Positions 47,490-59,205 of a DNA stretch of 64,000 nt are shown piece by piece. The translations under genes were made by a program, and so were the position numbers. Within the stretch, counting starts at the first letter, position 1. Each line of letters opens with the position of its first letter. This stretch comes from Mustelus asterias. Its lineage: Eukaryota. The notes below the pieces were generated by a model. That model did no database searches, was not told where the DNA came from, and saw only the letters and a list, made by a program, of their open reading frames with translations. The stretch is taken from assembly GCF_964213995.1 (NCBI RefSeq), contig NC_135814.1:14942001-15006000 (forward strand), written 5' to 3'.

Positions 47490-49340
47490 CCCAATAAGTC
47501 CCCAGAGCTTGATGCTCTGCATCCCAGAGTACTCAAGGAAGTGGCCCTCATTCATTGGTGATCATTTTCCAGTATTCTATAGACTCTGGAAGAGTTCTAG
47601 TGGATTGGAGGGTAGCTAATGTAACCCCACTTTTTAACAAAGGAGGGAGAGAGAAAACAGGGAATTATAGACTGGTTAGCCTGACATTGGTGGTGGGGAA
47701 AATGCTGGAGTCAGTTATTAAGGATGTAATAACTGAGCATTTGGAAAGTGGTGACAGGATCGGTCCAAGTCAGCGTGGATTCACTAAAGGGAAATCGTGC
47801 TTGGGAAATCTTCTGGAATTTTTTGAGGCTGTGAGCAGTCGAGTGGACAAGGGTGAACCAGTGGATGTTGTGTATCTGGACTTTCAGAAAGCTTTTGACA
47901 AGGTCCCACGCAGGAGATTAGTGAGCAAAATTAAAGCTCATGGTATTGGGGGTAATGTATTGGTGTGGATAGAGAACTGGTTGGCAGACAGGAAGCAGAG
48001 AGTGGGAATGAACAGGTCCTTTTCAGAGTGACAGGCAGTGACTAGTGGGGCACTGCAAGGTTCAGTGCTGGAGCCCCCAACTATTCACAATATACATTAA
48101 TGATTTGGACAAAGGAATTGAATGCAATATCTCCAAATTTGCAGATGATATTAAGCTTTGTGGCAGTGTGTGCTGTGAGGAGGATGCTAAGATGCTGCAG
48201 GGTGACTTGGACAGGTTGGCTGAGTGGGCAAATAGTTCACAAATGCAATATAATGTGGATAAATGTGAGGTTATCCACTTTAGTGGCAAAAACAGGAAGG
48301 AAGATTATTATCTGAATGGTGGCAGTTTAGGAAAAGGGGAAGTGCAACATGACCTGGGTGTCACGGTGGAACAGTCGCTGAAGGTTGACATGCAGGTACA
48401 GCAGACGGTGAGGAAAGCTAATGGCATGTTGGCCTTCATAGCAAGAGGGTTTTAATATAGGAGTAAGGATGTCTTACTGCAGTTATACAGAGCCTTGGTG
48501 AAGCCACACCTTGAGTATTGTGTGCAGGTTTGGTCTCCTCGTCTGAGGAAGGACATTCTTACTATTGAGTGAGTCCAGCAAAAGTTCACCAGACTGGTTC
48601 CCAGAACGGCAGGACTAACATATGAAGAAAGACTGGATCGACTTGGCTTGTACTCACTGGAATTTAGAAGAATGATCTCACAGAAACATATAAAATCCTG
48701 ATGGGACTGGACAGGCTAGATGCAGAAAGAATGTTCCCAATGTTGGGTAAGTGCAGAACTAGGGGTCACAGCCTAAGAATAAGGGGTAAGCCATTTAGGA
48801 CTGGAGTGGCACGGTCGCACAGTGGTTAGCACTGCTGCTTCACAGCTCCAGGGACCTGGGTTCGAATCCCGGCTCGGGTCGCTGTCTGTGTGGAGTTTGC
48901 ACATTCTCCTTGTGTCTGCATGGGTTTCCTCCGGGTGCTCTGGTTTCCTCCCACAGTACAAAGATGTGTGGGGTATGTTGAATGGCCATTCTAACTTGCC
49001 CCTTAGTGTCCCGGGATGTATAGGTTAGGGGGGTTAGTGGGTAAATATGTAGGGATATGTGGATAGGGCTTGGGTGGGATTGTGGTTGGTGCAGACTCGA
49101 TGGGCCGAATGGCCTCTTTCTGCACTGTAGGATTCTATGATTCTATGAGGAAGAACTTCTTCACTCAAAGAGTTGTGAAGCTATAGAATTCTCTATCGCA
49201 GAATGCTGTTGGGGCCAGTTTGTTAGATGTGTTCAAGAGGGAGCTGGATGTGGCCCTTGTGGGATCAAGGGGTATGGAGTTCAGTTTAGGCAACCTGGTC
49301 AGCATGGACAAGTTGGGCTGAAGGGCATGTTTCCATGCTG
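47490..49340 (+). mobile_element. Degenerate CR1 LINE with nested HE1 SINE
   Basis: ORFs 47555-48031 and 48045-48455 carry RT motifs with stops and frameshifts. Confidence 0.9.
48805..49146 (+). mobile_element. HE1-type V-SINE nested in CR1
   Basis: Splits the host sequence tttaggactg|atgaggaagaacttc. Confidence 0.9.
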
Positions 49341-50557
49341 TGTATCTCTATGACTCCATGACTCTACAGCCCCTCGCAGCCTTCTTCTAGCTGTCTGGCC
49401 TCCTTTTATGTTCCCCCCCGGATCACTGGTCAACTCTGTTCCCGCCAAGCTCCTACCTCCGCCGTTGGCACAGGGTGTACGCTTGGCCACAATTCATGCT
49501 GACCATTCAGCCACGTTCTCCTGGTGCTCATGGGTGGAAACAGACACCCCAGAGGCTTCCATCCCACCACTCGCTGACCAAAAGATTCTGGCCCCTATTA
49601 TCACCAGAATAACCATAATCAAAACACTGCAGGAAAAGCTTCTTGGGATGACACAGGAATGCCACAAGAGAATGGAGAAGTGCAAACTCAGAGGTAGACC
49701 AACTATGTTCCTGATAGGCATCTAATGAATGGCGGCGACATGCAGTTTATGGTAGAATTACAGAAATTCACAGCAGAAAGAGGAGATGATTGCTAATGAA
49801 GCACCACTCTGACCCTGTGGCACATCTGAGGCAAAGAAAACAAGTCATAATAGACTTTAGGTTTCATTATAAAAGTCGATTGGTAATTTTATTTCGTTTA
49901 GGAAAATAGTTACTGATTGGAGGGTTTTTAGTGATTAAAGAGGCATTATATAATACATATTGTTTATGAATATATATCCTGGGGTGCCACATTCACTGCT
50001 GCAATGCAGTCGCATGCTGAGTAACAACATAATATCTGGAAGATCTGACATTGATTGGGTGTTTATCAAAATTCGGAAGCCATCACAGCTGATCTGCTTT
50101 CAAATGGTGTAATTTGGAATGATAACTAAAGCACTCAAAAGCACAATCCTGTCCGACAGGATTCATTAAAAGCACTCAAAAACTCTTGAAACCTATCACA
50201 GTTTTCAAGGCTGCGGAAGCAATCTTCTGCATTCATAAACGACTATTAGTAACTGGAAGCAAATTTCCAAGTACGGGCTGTGTGGGACGTAGTTAATTTT
50301 CAACAACATTCTCACTGAGTGCTTAAACAGGCCAAGCACTTGCTGTGAGCGCACTTTGAAGCTAGCTGATCACTGATTCACGAGGGTTTAATACCAATGT
50401 TGTCAGGTGAACGGTTGCTATTTGTAATTGATATGGTTTCCACACTTGCAAGCAAATCAATGTTCACAATTGACGTAGTTTCAGGTGCTCGATTAAGTTC
50501 CCTTATCAAATTATGACTTAAAAATCACTTTCAAATGTAGGGTTTCGCAACTGAGTG

Positions 50558-50910
50558 CATAGAATCATAGAATCATAGAAACCCTACAGGGCAGAAAGAG
50601 GCCATTCGGCCCATCAAGTCTGCACCGACCGCAATCCATCCAGGCCCTATCCCCGTATCCCTACATATTTACCCACTAATCCCTCTAACCTACGCATCCC
50701 AAGACACTAAGGGGCAATTTAACATGGCCAATCAACCTAAACCGCACATCTTTGGAGTGTGGGAGGAAACCGGAGCATCCGGAGGAAATCCACGCAGACA
50801 CAGGGAGAGTGTGCAAACTCCACACAGACAGTGACCCAAGCCGGGAATCAAACCCAGGTCCCTGGAACAGTGAAGCAGCAGTGCTAACCATTGTGCCACT
50901 GCGCCGCCCC
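50558..50910 (-). mobile_element. Full-length HE1-type V-SINE
   Basis: Head, V-domain and tail. Confidence 0.92.
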
Positions 50911-50911
50911 A

Positions 50912-51045
50912 CCTGCAAAATACTGCAGATGCTGGAAATCTGAGATAAAAACAGACAACACAGGGAACACTCGACAGGTCTCGCAGCATCTGTGGAGAGA
51001 GGAACACCTTTAACATTTCAGGTCAATAATATTTCATCAGAACTG
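50912..51045 (-). mobile_element. Short Penelope-derived element
   Basis: aaatactgcagatgctggaaatctgag...cagcatctgtggagagagg..ttaacatttcaggtc..tttcatcag. Confidence 0.6.
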
Positions 51046-51467
51046 GGAGAGGTTAGAAATATAATCGGTTTTAAGCAGGTGAAATGGAAAAATAACAAAA
51101 GGGAAGGACTTTAATTAGGCAGAAGACAGCAGACATTATGCGATAAAGGATTCAGTCGTGAAGAGTCAACAGCAGTTGAAATGGGACAAGTGAAGAAACA
51201 AACAATAGGTCTGATTTTATCACTTTGATTCTAAGTGCTGAATCTGGGAGTGTTTCAGATCCGACTTTTAGACCCGTTCTCCGGCGCCCCCATATGCACT
51301 CTGCCTGAAAAAATAGCACCGATTCTGAATTGTGCTGCAGAAGCCTGTGGGTGGGGCTAGTTAACGCCGTTGCGTGCAGAATTTAGTCTAAGTTTTCAAG
51401 TAGAGTACCAGTAACATCGAGAGCACTAAGAAATACACTCAATGAAGTTCTAACATTTCGAAATAAA

Positions 51468-52062
51468 ACTAAAATACTGCAGATGCTGGAATCTGAAACA
51501 AAAGCTGCCTGGTTTGGACGGTAGGTCTTATGAGGACGGTAGGTCTTATGAGGAAAGGTTGAGGGAATTTGGGCTTTTCTCTTTGGAGCGGAGGAGGTTG
51601 AGAGGAGACTTGATAGAGGTTTATAAGATGATGAGGGGGATAGATAGAGTGAACGTTCAAAGACTATTTCCTCGGGTGAATGGAGCGGTAACTAGGGGGC
51701 ATAACTATAGGGTTCATGGTGGGAGATATAGGAAGGATGTCCGAGGTAGGTTTTTTACTCAGAGAGTGGTTGGGGTGTGGAATGGACTGCCTGCAGGGAT
51801 AGTGGAGTCAGAAACTTTCGGAACATTTAAGAAGCTATTGGATAGGCACATGGAGCACTTCGGGATGATAGGGAGGAAATAGCTTGATCTGGGTTTCAGA
51901 CAAAGCTCGGCACAACATCGTGGGCCGAAGGGCCTGTTCTGTGCTGTACTGTTCTATGTTCTATGTTCTAAAAACTGAACATGCTGGAAAATCTCAGCAG
52001 GTCTGACAGCATCTGTGGGGAGAGAATAGAGCCAATGTTTCGAGTCTGGATGACCCTTCGGC
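51468..52062 (-). mobile_element. Short Penelope-derived element split by a CR1 3' end
   Basis: Host halves at 51468-51504 and 51970-52062 join seamlessly. Confidence 0.7.
51505..51969 (+). mobile_element. CR1 LINE 3' end (close relative of 15334-16742)
   Basis: ORF 51514-51882 closely matches the end of ORF 15416-15982; (TTCTATG)n tail. Confidence 0.93.
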
Positions 52063-52080
52063 AACTATACAAAGTTACAC

Positions 52081-52962
52081 AGGGGAGGCGATGGCCTAGT
52101 GGTGTTATCGTCAGACTATTAATCCAGAAACTTAGCTAATGTTCCGGGGCCCTGGGTTCAAATCCTGTCACGGCAGAAGGTGAGATGTGGGGTTACCGGC
52201 ATTGGACTGCAGTGGGTACAGTAAGTAATCTCAGGGCGGCACGGTAGCACAGTGGTTAGCACTGCTGCTTCACAGCTCTAGGGACCTGAGTTCGATTCCC
52301 GGCTTGGGTCACTGTCTGTGTGGAGTTTGCACATTCTCCTCGTGTCTGCGTGGTTTCCTCCGGGTGTTCCAGTTTCCTCCCACAGTCCAAAGATGTGCGG
52401 GTTAGGTTGATTGGCCATGCTAAAATTGCCCCTTAGTGTCCTGAGATGCATAGGTTAGAGGGATTAGTGGGTAAATGTGTAGGGATATGGGGGTAGGGCC
52501 TGGGTGGGATTGTGGTCAGTGCAGACTCGATGGGCCAGATGGCCTCTTTCTGCACTGTAGGGTTTCTATGATTTCTTTCTACAACATCAGGTTAAAGTCC
52601 AACAGGCTTATTTGGTAGCACAAACTTTCGGAAAGCTCCATGCTACCAAATAAACCTGTTGGACTTTAACCTGGTGTTGTGAGGCTACTTACCATGCAGA
52701 TGGTGGAATTTAAATTCAATAAAAAATACCTGTAATTAAGAATCTACTGATGACCATGAAACCATTGTCGATTTTTGGAAAAACCCATCTGGTTCACTAA
52801 TGTCCTTTAGGGAACGAAATCTGCCATTTTTACTCAGTCTGGCCTACATGTGACTCCAGCGCCACAGAAATGTGGTTGACTCTCAACTGCCCTCAGGCAA
52901 CTATCGATGGACAATAAATGCTGGCCAGCCAGGGACGCCCATGGCCCACAATTGAATAGAAA
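52081..52962 (+). mobile_element. Meta-SINE-like SINE hosting a palindromic Penelope pLTR element, which hosts an HE1 SINE
   Basis: SINE head 52081-52181, body resumes at about 52693. PLE pieces at about 52183-52232 and 52581-52692. HE1 at 52234-52578. Confidence 0.85.
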
Positions 52963-53486
52963 AAAAGCTCTAACTAGGCCACACCTGGAGTACATCAATC
53001 AGGTGTAGGCACAACACCCTAGGGATGATGTTTTAGCTTTAGAATTACTAGAATTATAGCTGGACTCCAAGGATAAAGTTACATGGAGAGATGGCACAAA
53101 CTAAGGTTGCACTTCCTGGAATTTAGAAAGTTAAGAGCTAACTTGATCAAAGTTTTCAAGATGTTAAGGGTGGACAGAGGTAGACTATCTTTGCTAGTTG
53201 GTGAGTCTCTGAACATGGGGGCACAATCTAAAAATGAAAGCCAAACCATTCAGGAATGAAATTAGGAAATGCTTCTCGACACAAACGGTGGTAGGAGGAT
53301 GGAACAGTTTAAAATGGCAATTGATGCGAGATCACCGGCAACTTTAAGTTTGAGATATGTTTTTGATAACCAAAGGAATTAAGGGATATGGAGCCAAAGT
53401 AGTAGGTTGCAGATCTGCCATCATTCCATTGAATTGCAGAACAGAAATGAGGAGATAAATAGCCTATCTTGTGCCTATGTTCGTAT

Positions 53487-53752
53487 GGGCAGCATGGTGG
53501 CACAGTGGTTAGCACTGCTGCATCACAACGCCAAGGACCTGGGTTTGATTCACTGTGCAGAGTCTGCACGTTGTCCTGTATCTGCGTGGGTTTCCTCTAG
53601 GTGCTCCGGTTTCCTTCCGCAGTCCGAAAGACGTGCTGGTTAAGTGCATTGGCCATGCTAAATTCTCCTTCAGTGCATCCAAACAGGTGCCGGAATGTGG
53701 CACCTGTTACTTTATGTAAGCCTACTTGTGATACTAATAAGTAAACTATAAA
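53487..53752 (+). mobile_element. V-SINE with Rex1-like tail (type 2), internally deleted
   Basis: Head, V-domain and gcctacttgtgatactaataag tail. Confidence 0.8.
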
Positions 53753-53785
53753 ACTTAAGCATGAAAAGAAAGAGATGTCAAACAA

Positions 53786-54127
53786 GTATGGTGGCAAAGT
53801 GGTTAGAACTGTTACCTCACAGCTCCAGGGACCTGGGTTCAATTCCGGCCTTGGGTGACTGTCTGTGTAGAGTTTGCACATTCTCGCCGTGCCTGCGTGG
53901 GTTTCCTCTGGGTGCTCCAGTTTCCTCCCACAATCCAAAGATGTGCGGGTTCGGTGGATTGGCCATGCTAAATTGCCCCTTAGTGTAGGTTAGATGGATT
54001 AGCCACAGTATATGTGTGGGGTTACAGGGATAGGGTAGGGGAGAGGGCCTGGGTCAGATACTCAGTCAGAGAGTCGGTGCAAACTCAATAGGCCTCTTCT
54101 GCGCTCTGGGGATTGTCTGATTCTATG
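53786..54127 (+). mobile_element. HE1-type V-SINE
   Basis: Head, V-domain and tail. Confidence 0.85.
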
Positions 54128-54199
54128 AAGATTGAAAGTAGACTTGCATATATGACAACAAATGGTTGTGAGAAAGGAGAAAACTGCACGATGGCCAAC

Positions 54200-54630
54200 T
54201 TAAACTGGAACTACAAAAGGTCATGAATGTAGCCCAATCCATCACGTAAACCAGCCTCCCATCCATTGACTCTGTCTACACTTCCTGCTGCCTCAGCAAA
54301 GCAGCCAGCATAATTAAGGACCCCACGCACCCCGGACATTCTCTCTTCCACCTTCTTCCTTCAGGAAAAAGATACAAAAATCTGGGGTCACATACCAACC
54401 AATTCAAGAACAGCTTCTTCCCTGCTGTTGTCAGACTTTTGACTGGACCGACCTTGCAGTAAGTTGATCTTTCTCTACACCCTAGCTATGACTGTAACAC
54501 TACATTCTGCACTCTCTCGTTTCCTTCTCTATGAACGGTATGTTTTGTCTGTATAGCGTGCAAGCAACAATACTTTTCACTGTATGTTACTACATGTGAC
54601 AATAATAAATCAAATCAAATCAAATCAAAC
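54200..54630 (+). mobile_element. Rex1/Babar LINE 3' end
   Basis: Near-identical to 6352-6733. Confidence 0.9.
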
Positions 54631-54739
54631 CAAAACGTGGAATTCCAACTCGGTCTGGCATACAAGCTAATCAAATCCACCTTCAACATCAATTTGCTCC
54701 TTGTGTACCTTTGGAACATTTAACTTCAGAAACATATAT

Positions 54740-55157
54740 ATGAGAGAGAAAGAGACACAGAGAGAGAGAGAGAGAGACAGTGAGATAGAGACAGAAGCCC
54801 TGATTTTACCGGCACGCCCACCCCGAAATCTCAATTGGTCTCGGGCACGATGTTACGAGATTCAGGTGGGCGTGCCGGTAAAATTCCAGCCAGGGAGATA
54901 GAAACAGACAGAGAGAGACAGAGACAGACAGAGAGAGACAGACAGACAGAGAGAGAGAAATAGTGAGAGAGAAACAGAGAGAGAGGGTGAGAGAGAGAGA
55001 CAGATAGAGAGATAGAGAGAGAAAGAGAGGCATGGGGAGGGAGACATGGAGAAAGAAAAAGACAGAGATAGAAAGAATGAGACAGACAGGGACAGAGAGA
55101 GAGGGAAAGAGAGACAGCGAGTGGGGCAGAGAGAGACGCACACACGCACACACACAT
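54740..55157. repeat. Imperfect (GA)n/(GACA)n tract containing a palindromic MITE
   Basis: Direct inspection. Confidence 0.85.
54797..54893. mobile_element. Palindromic Harbinger-like MITE
   Basis: Inverted repeat tttaccggcacgcccacc / ggtgggcgtgccggtaaa. Confidence 0.7.
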
Positions 55158-55845
55158 TAATAAAAGTGATAAACATGAGATAGGATTTTGCTGGTGAGGC
55201 ACTTGGAAGGACTTTAGAAATGTTTCTAGTTGCTAAATTCCAACATTGACTCCTCTGAACAGCAGGTTTCCACGGCTGCAGCCTGCTTGAAGCTTAACAT
55301 CTCAAACCGCTTTCAACTGACTGGAAGTTGCTCCTGACATCACAAAATGGTGTTCCGATTGGACAGGAATGACGTGACTTTTATAAATTATTTTTATGGC
55401 ACACTATTTGTACTTGACAGTTGTGAAATTTAACGTCTTCATTCTTGTCTCTTGCAGTTAACACCATCTGCTCAAAGGAATGAATGTTTTACTGAATTGT
55501 TTTCCAGTTTGAATGAACTAATAGCTTTGTGTGAAGCCTATTAAGAAAGAATTAGAAGCAACTAATTGCTAATTCACACTCTTCACCCTTGAGCACATTT
55601 GAGAAAAAATGATGATCGGAAACAATCCTTGCTACTGTTCAAATCTAAATAGTGCAAGTAGACTTATTTCAGACAACATAAAAATTTAATCTCCAGTGGA
55701 TGTAATTAATTGCTTTGCAGTTGGATGCAGCAGCAGAAAAATAGATGAACTCAAAGAATGAATGGAACTTTTCCCAGAAATTAAAGTTATGCAGATGTTT
55801 GAAAGGAGTGCAGCCATAATATTCAGCTCCAAGCTGCGAATTGTT

Positions 55846-56272
55846 GCTGAGTTGAGGAGGAACTTCTTCAGCCAAAGGGTTGTGAACCTGCGGAATTCCC
55901 TGCCTATTGAAGCAGTTGAGGCTACCTCATTGAATAGGCTCATAGGGCTTTGACAAAGGGTCATCTGGACTCAAAACGTCAGCTCTTTTCTCTCCTTCCA
56001 GATGCTGCCAGACCTACTGATATTTTCCAGCATTTTCTCTTTTTGTTTCAGATTCCAGCATCCACAGTAACTTGCTTTTCCCTTGTTGAATGTTTTTAAG
56101 GCAAGAATAGATACATTTTTGAACAGGAAAGGAATTAAGGGTTATGGTGAGCGGGCAGGTAAGTGGAGCTGAGTCCACGAAAAGATCAGCCATGATCTTA
56201 TTGAATGGCGGAGCAGGCTCGAGGGGCCAGATGGCCTACTCCTGCTCCTAGATCTTATGTTCTTATGTTCTT
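55846..56272 (+). mobile_element. CR1 3' end split by a hammerhead-type short element (about 55936-56080)
   Basis: LRRNFFSQRVVNLRNSLP and (TTCTTATG)n tail. Insert flanked by cctcattgaat / ccttgttgaat. Confidence 0.82.
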
Positions 56273-56530
56273 AACACATACAAACATGAAAGTATGGAAC
56301 ACAATGTAGCAAGAGAAAAGTAACCAAGATGTCAGGGACTGCCATTTCCTTCGGCTGCCTTTGTAATGTGAGGCAATCCATTGGAAGTTACTCCACTTTA
56401 AAATGCCAACATAAGCAGACAGGTTGCCTTCACTATAACCTGTGAATGCTGTGTGGTGCAGGCAATAAACAGATGAGGCAGGGGGAAAAAGTACTAAGTA
56501 ACAGCTTTTATTGCAGTACTATGCTCCTGT

Positions 56531-57257
56531 GGGCAGCACAATGTCACAGTAGTTAGCACTGCTGCTTCCCAGTGCCAGGGACCCGGGTTCAACTCCGGCC
56601 TCGGGTCTCTGTCTGTGCAGAGTTTACACGCTAACCCCGTGTCTGCGTAGGTTTCTTCTGGGTGCTCCGGTTTCCTCCCATAGTCCAAAGGCGTGCAGGT
56701 TAGATTGATTGGCTATGTTTAGCAGGATAAGTATATGGGGTTACGGGGAAAGGGCCTGGGTTGGATTGTGGTTGGTCCAGACTCAATGGGCCGAATGGCC
56801 TCCTTCTGTACTGTCGGGATTCTATGACTCTATAATGATTCTATGATTCTTCTCATACGTTGGTAGAGGGACATTGGATACAGGTAGATTGGCCATGTTA
56901 AATTTTCCTTTCGTATCCCAAGCATGGTGGCACAGTGGTTAGTACTGCTGCGTCACAGCTCCAGGGACCTGGGTGCCATTCCCGGCTTGGGTTTGCTGCC
57001 TGTGTGGAGTTTGCATGTTCTCCCCGTGTCAGCGTGGGTTTCCTCCGGATGCTGAGATTTCCTCCCACACTCCAAAGATGTGAGGGTTAGGTGCATTGGC
57101 CACGCTAAGTTTCTCCTTAATGTTCCGGGATGCATTGATTAGAGGGGTTAGTGGGATAAGTATGTGGGGTTACAGGGATAGGGTCCAGGTGGGATTGTTG
57201 ATGGTGCAGCCTCCATGGGTCGAATGGCCTCATTCTGAACTGTAGGGTTTCTATGAT
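56531..57257 (+). mobile_element. Two tandem HE1-type V-SINEs (56531-56850, 56921-57257) with a fragment between
   Basis: Two heads, two V-domains and two tails. Confidence 0.88.
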
Positions 57258-57905
57258 ATCATCCTGCAAGTAGTGATGACAGGTATACAATCCATGCACG
57301 ACATAAACCTGGGATTCTTCAGGGCTGGGTATTGGAATATACTTGTATACAGTTCTCTGATGCTTATTTACCAAATCATCTTTTGGAGAATTATAAGTCA
57401 TTGGATAAGGTTATGGCTGAAGTGGAAGTTTGAAGAATCCCATTTATTAAAGTTGTAAAATGAATCATTGATTCGGTTGATTATCAATAGTAATTTATTG
57501 CCGTTTCAGCATTTGTGACCAGGGGCTCAGGTGCCAGTTTTAGGTGCCATGGTTCTCCACCTGAGTTAAAAGTAATGGCACCCACTGTCACTTTATTCTG
57601 GGTGATGTCCTCTTCAGGATGCTGAGATTGTTCCCTGTGTCAGGACCAGGAGCAACAGAAGAATGGAATCAACCAGCAGCCAGACTGCTTGACTTGCTAG
57701 GGCTGCCTCAGCAGCGACTACAAATGGACATAAAATTGTGAATTGAGGTCGGGAATGCCCTGATAGCACTGCAGGAAAGAGTTTTTCATGGACTGTTGTG
57801 TGCCGTGGACCTTTTAATGGACCAGCAAACTTTAGGTCAATGGGATCTAAAGAGACAAACTTTAGATCATTGGAATTCATGAACAATGAGGGCTGCCAAA
57901 ATTAT

Positions 57906-58032
57906 GGTCGGAATTTTACCGTCCCGCCTGCCACGGGAATCGGAGTGGGCGAGGGGCGGACCATGGAAAGGTCCATTGGCCTGGGGCGGGATTTTACGGT
58001 TCCGGGACGAGTGAGGCCGTAAAATCCCGCCT
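57906..58032. mobile_element. Harbinger-like MITE
   Basis: TIRs ggtcggaattttac / gtaaaatcccgcc; same family as 38610-38735. Confidence 0.7.
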
Positions 58033-58099
58033 AATGTCTGGAAGGAAACCAAGCTGGTATCTCCAAGCTAGCAAACTATCAGGTAGGTTAGCAGCATTG

Positions 58100-58235
58100 C
58101 GGATGTATCTACACCTCAGGGACTGCAGCGGTTCAAGAACGCAGCTCACCATCGCCTTCTCAAGGGCAGCTCAGGATGGACAATAAATGCTGGTCTAGCC
58201 AGTGACGCCCACATCCCATAAATTAATTTAGAAAA
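58100..58235 (+). mobile_element. 3' end of a CR1/L2-group LINE sharing its tail with the Meta-SINE-like family
   Basis: ggactgcagcggttcaagaa..cagctcacca...caataaatgctgg..tagccag..gacgcccacatccca; another copy at about 41458-41570. Confidence 0.7.
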
Positions 58236-58804
58236 AGTAAATCTGGCATTGAGGATGCCATCAAGTGAATGGAATGGTACAGTGTTCTGCACTGGTTGCA
58301 TAATGTTTACAAATGTGATGATGGTAAGATGTTACTTAACTAGTATTAGCCTGGTACAGCTATTCATAAACGTTAAGTTCAAACTGATCCTGAGAACAGG
58401 TGACACAACGATTACAAATATGTAACTCGTTCAGTGCAGAAGAGATACCATGTATGTTGTGAATGGCCAGAAACTGCTGGATGGCACATACCCCTCTACA
58501 ATCAGCCTCATACTGTCAACCTCCCTGTGAGCTTTAAGAAATGACTGCATTTTCACATTATTTACCAATTCATCTCACTGTGGAAAGTTAGGGCTGGTAC
58601 TTAACAGGCTAAGGATCCTTTTTATGAGAAAATTTATTGTCCCTTTCAACTACCTTAAGGCCGAGAAAGTGAACATCTGAAACTCTAGAGTTCCACTCCT
58701 ACAGGCAGGAGAAGGGGAGATTTTTCAAATGTTATACTTTACGGTTTGTATCTATCACTTTATTCTTCTTTCATTCCTAATACAATCCATCGAACCACAG
58801 ACCT

Positions 58805-59106
58805 TAGAATCCCTACAATGCAGAAGAAGGTCATTCGGCCCATTGAGTCTGCACCGAGTCTCCGAAAGAGCATCTTATCCAGGCCCACCCCCCAACCTAC
58901 CCTATCCTCATAACCCCATACATTTACCATGGCTAATCCCCCTGACCTGCACATCTTTGAAGTGAGGGAGGGAACTGTAGCACCCAGAGGAAACCCACTC
59001 AGGCACGGGGAGAACATGCAAGCTCCACACAGACATTCACCCAAGGCCAGAATTGAACCTGGGTCCCTGGCATGGTGAGGCAGCAGTGCTAACCACCATG
59101 CCACCC
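58805..59106 (-). mobile_element. HE1-type V-SINE
   Basis: Full-length. Confidence 0.88.
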
Positions 59107-59205
59107 TCTCTTTATTTCTCTGTCTATATATGATTTGAATCTAATTTACAGCCACCTTCGCTATTGTTCTCCCGTTTCTTTCTCAATTCTTAAATCTCAG
59201 TTAAG

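Noticed and set aside
49985-50005. Resemblance of cacattcactgctg to miR-181
   Set aside because: The match is short, the 3' half differs, and no pre-miRNA hairpin is evident.
54806-55202. Leu/Ser-rich ORFs in three frames
   Set aside because: Translations of a (GA)n microsatellite.
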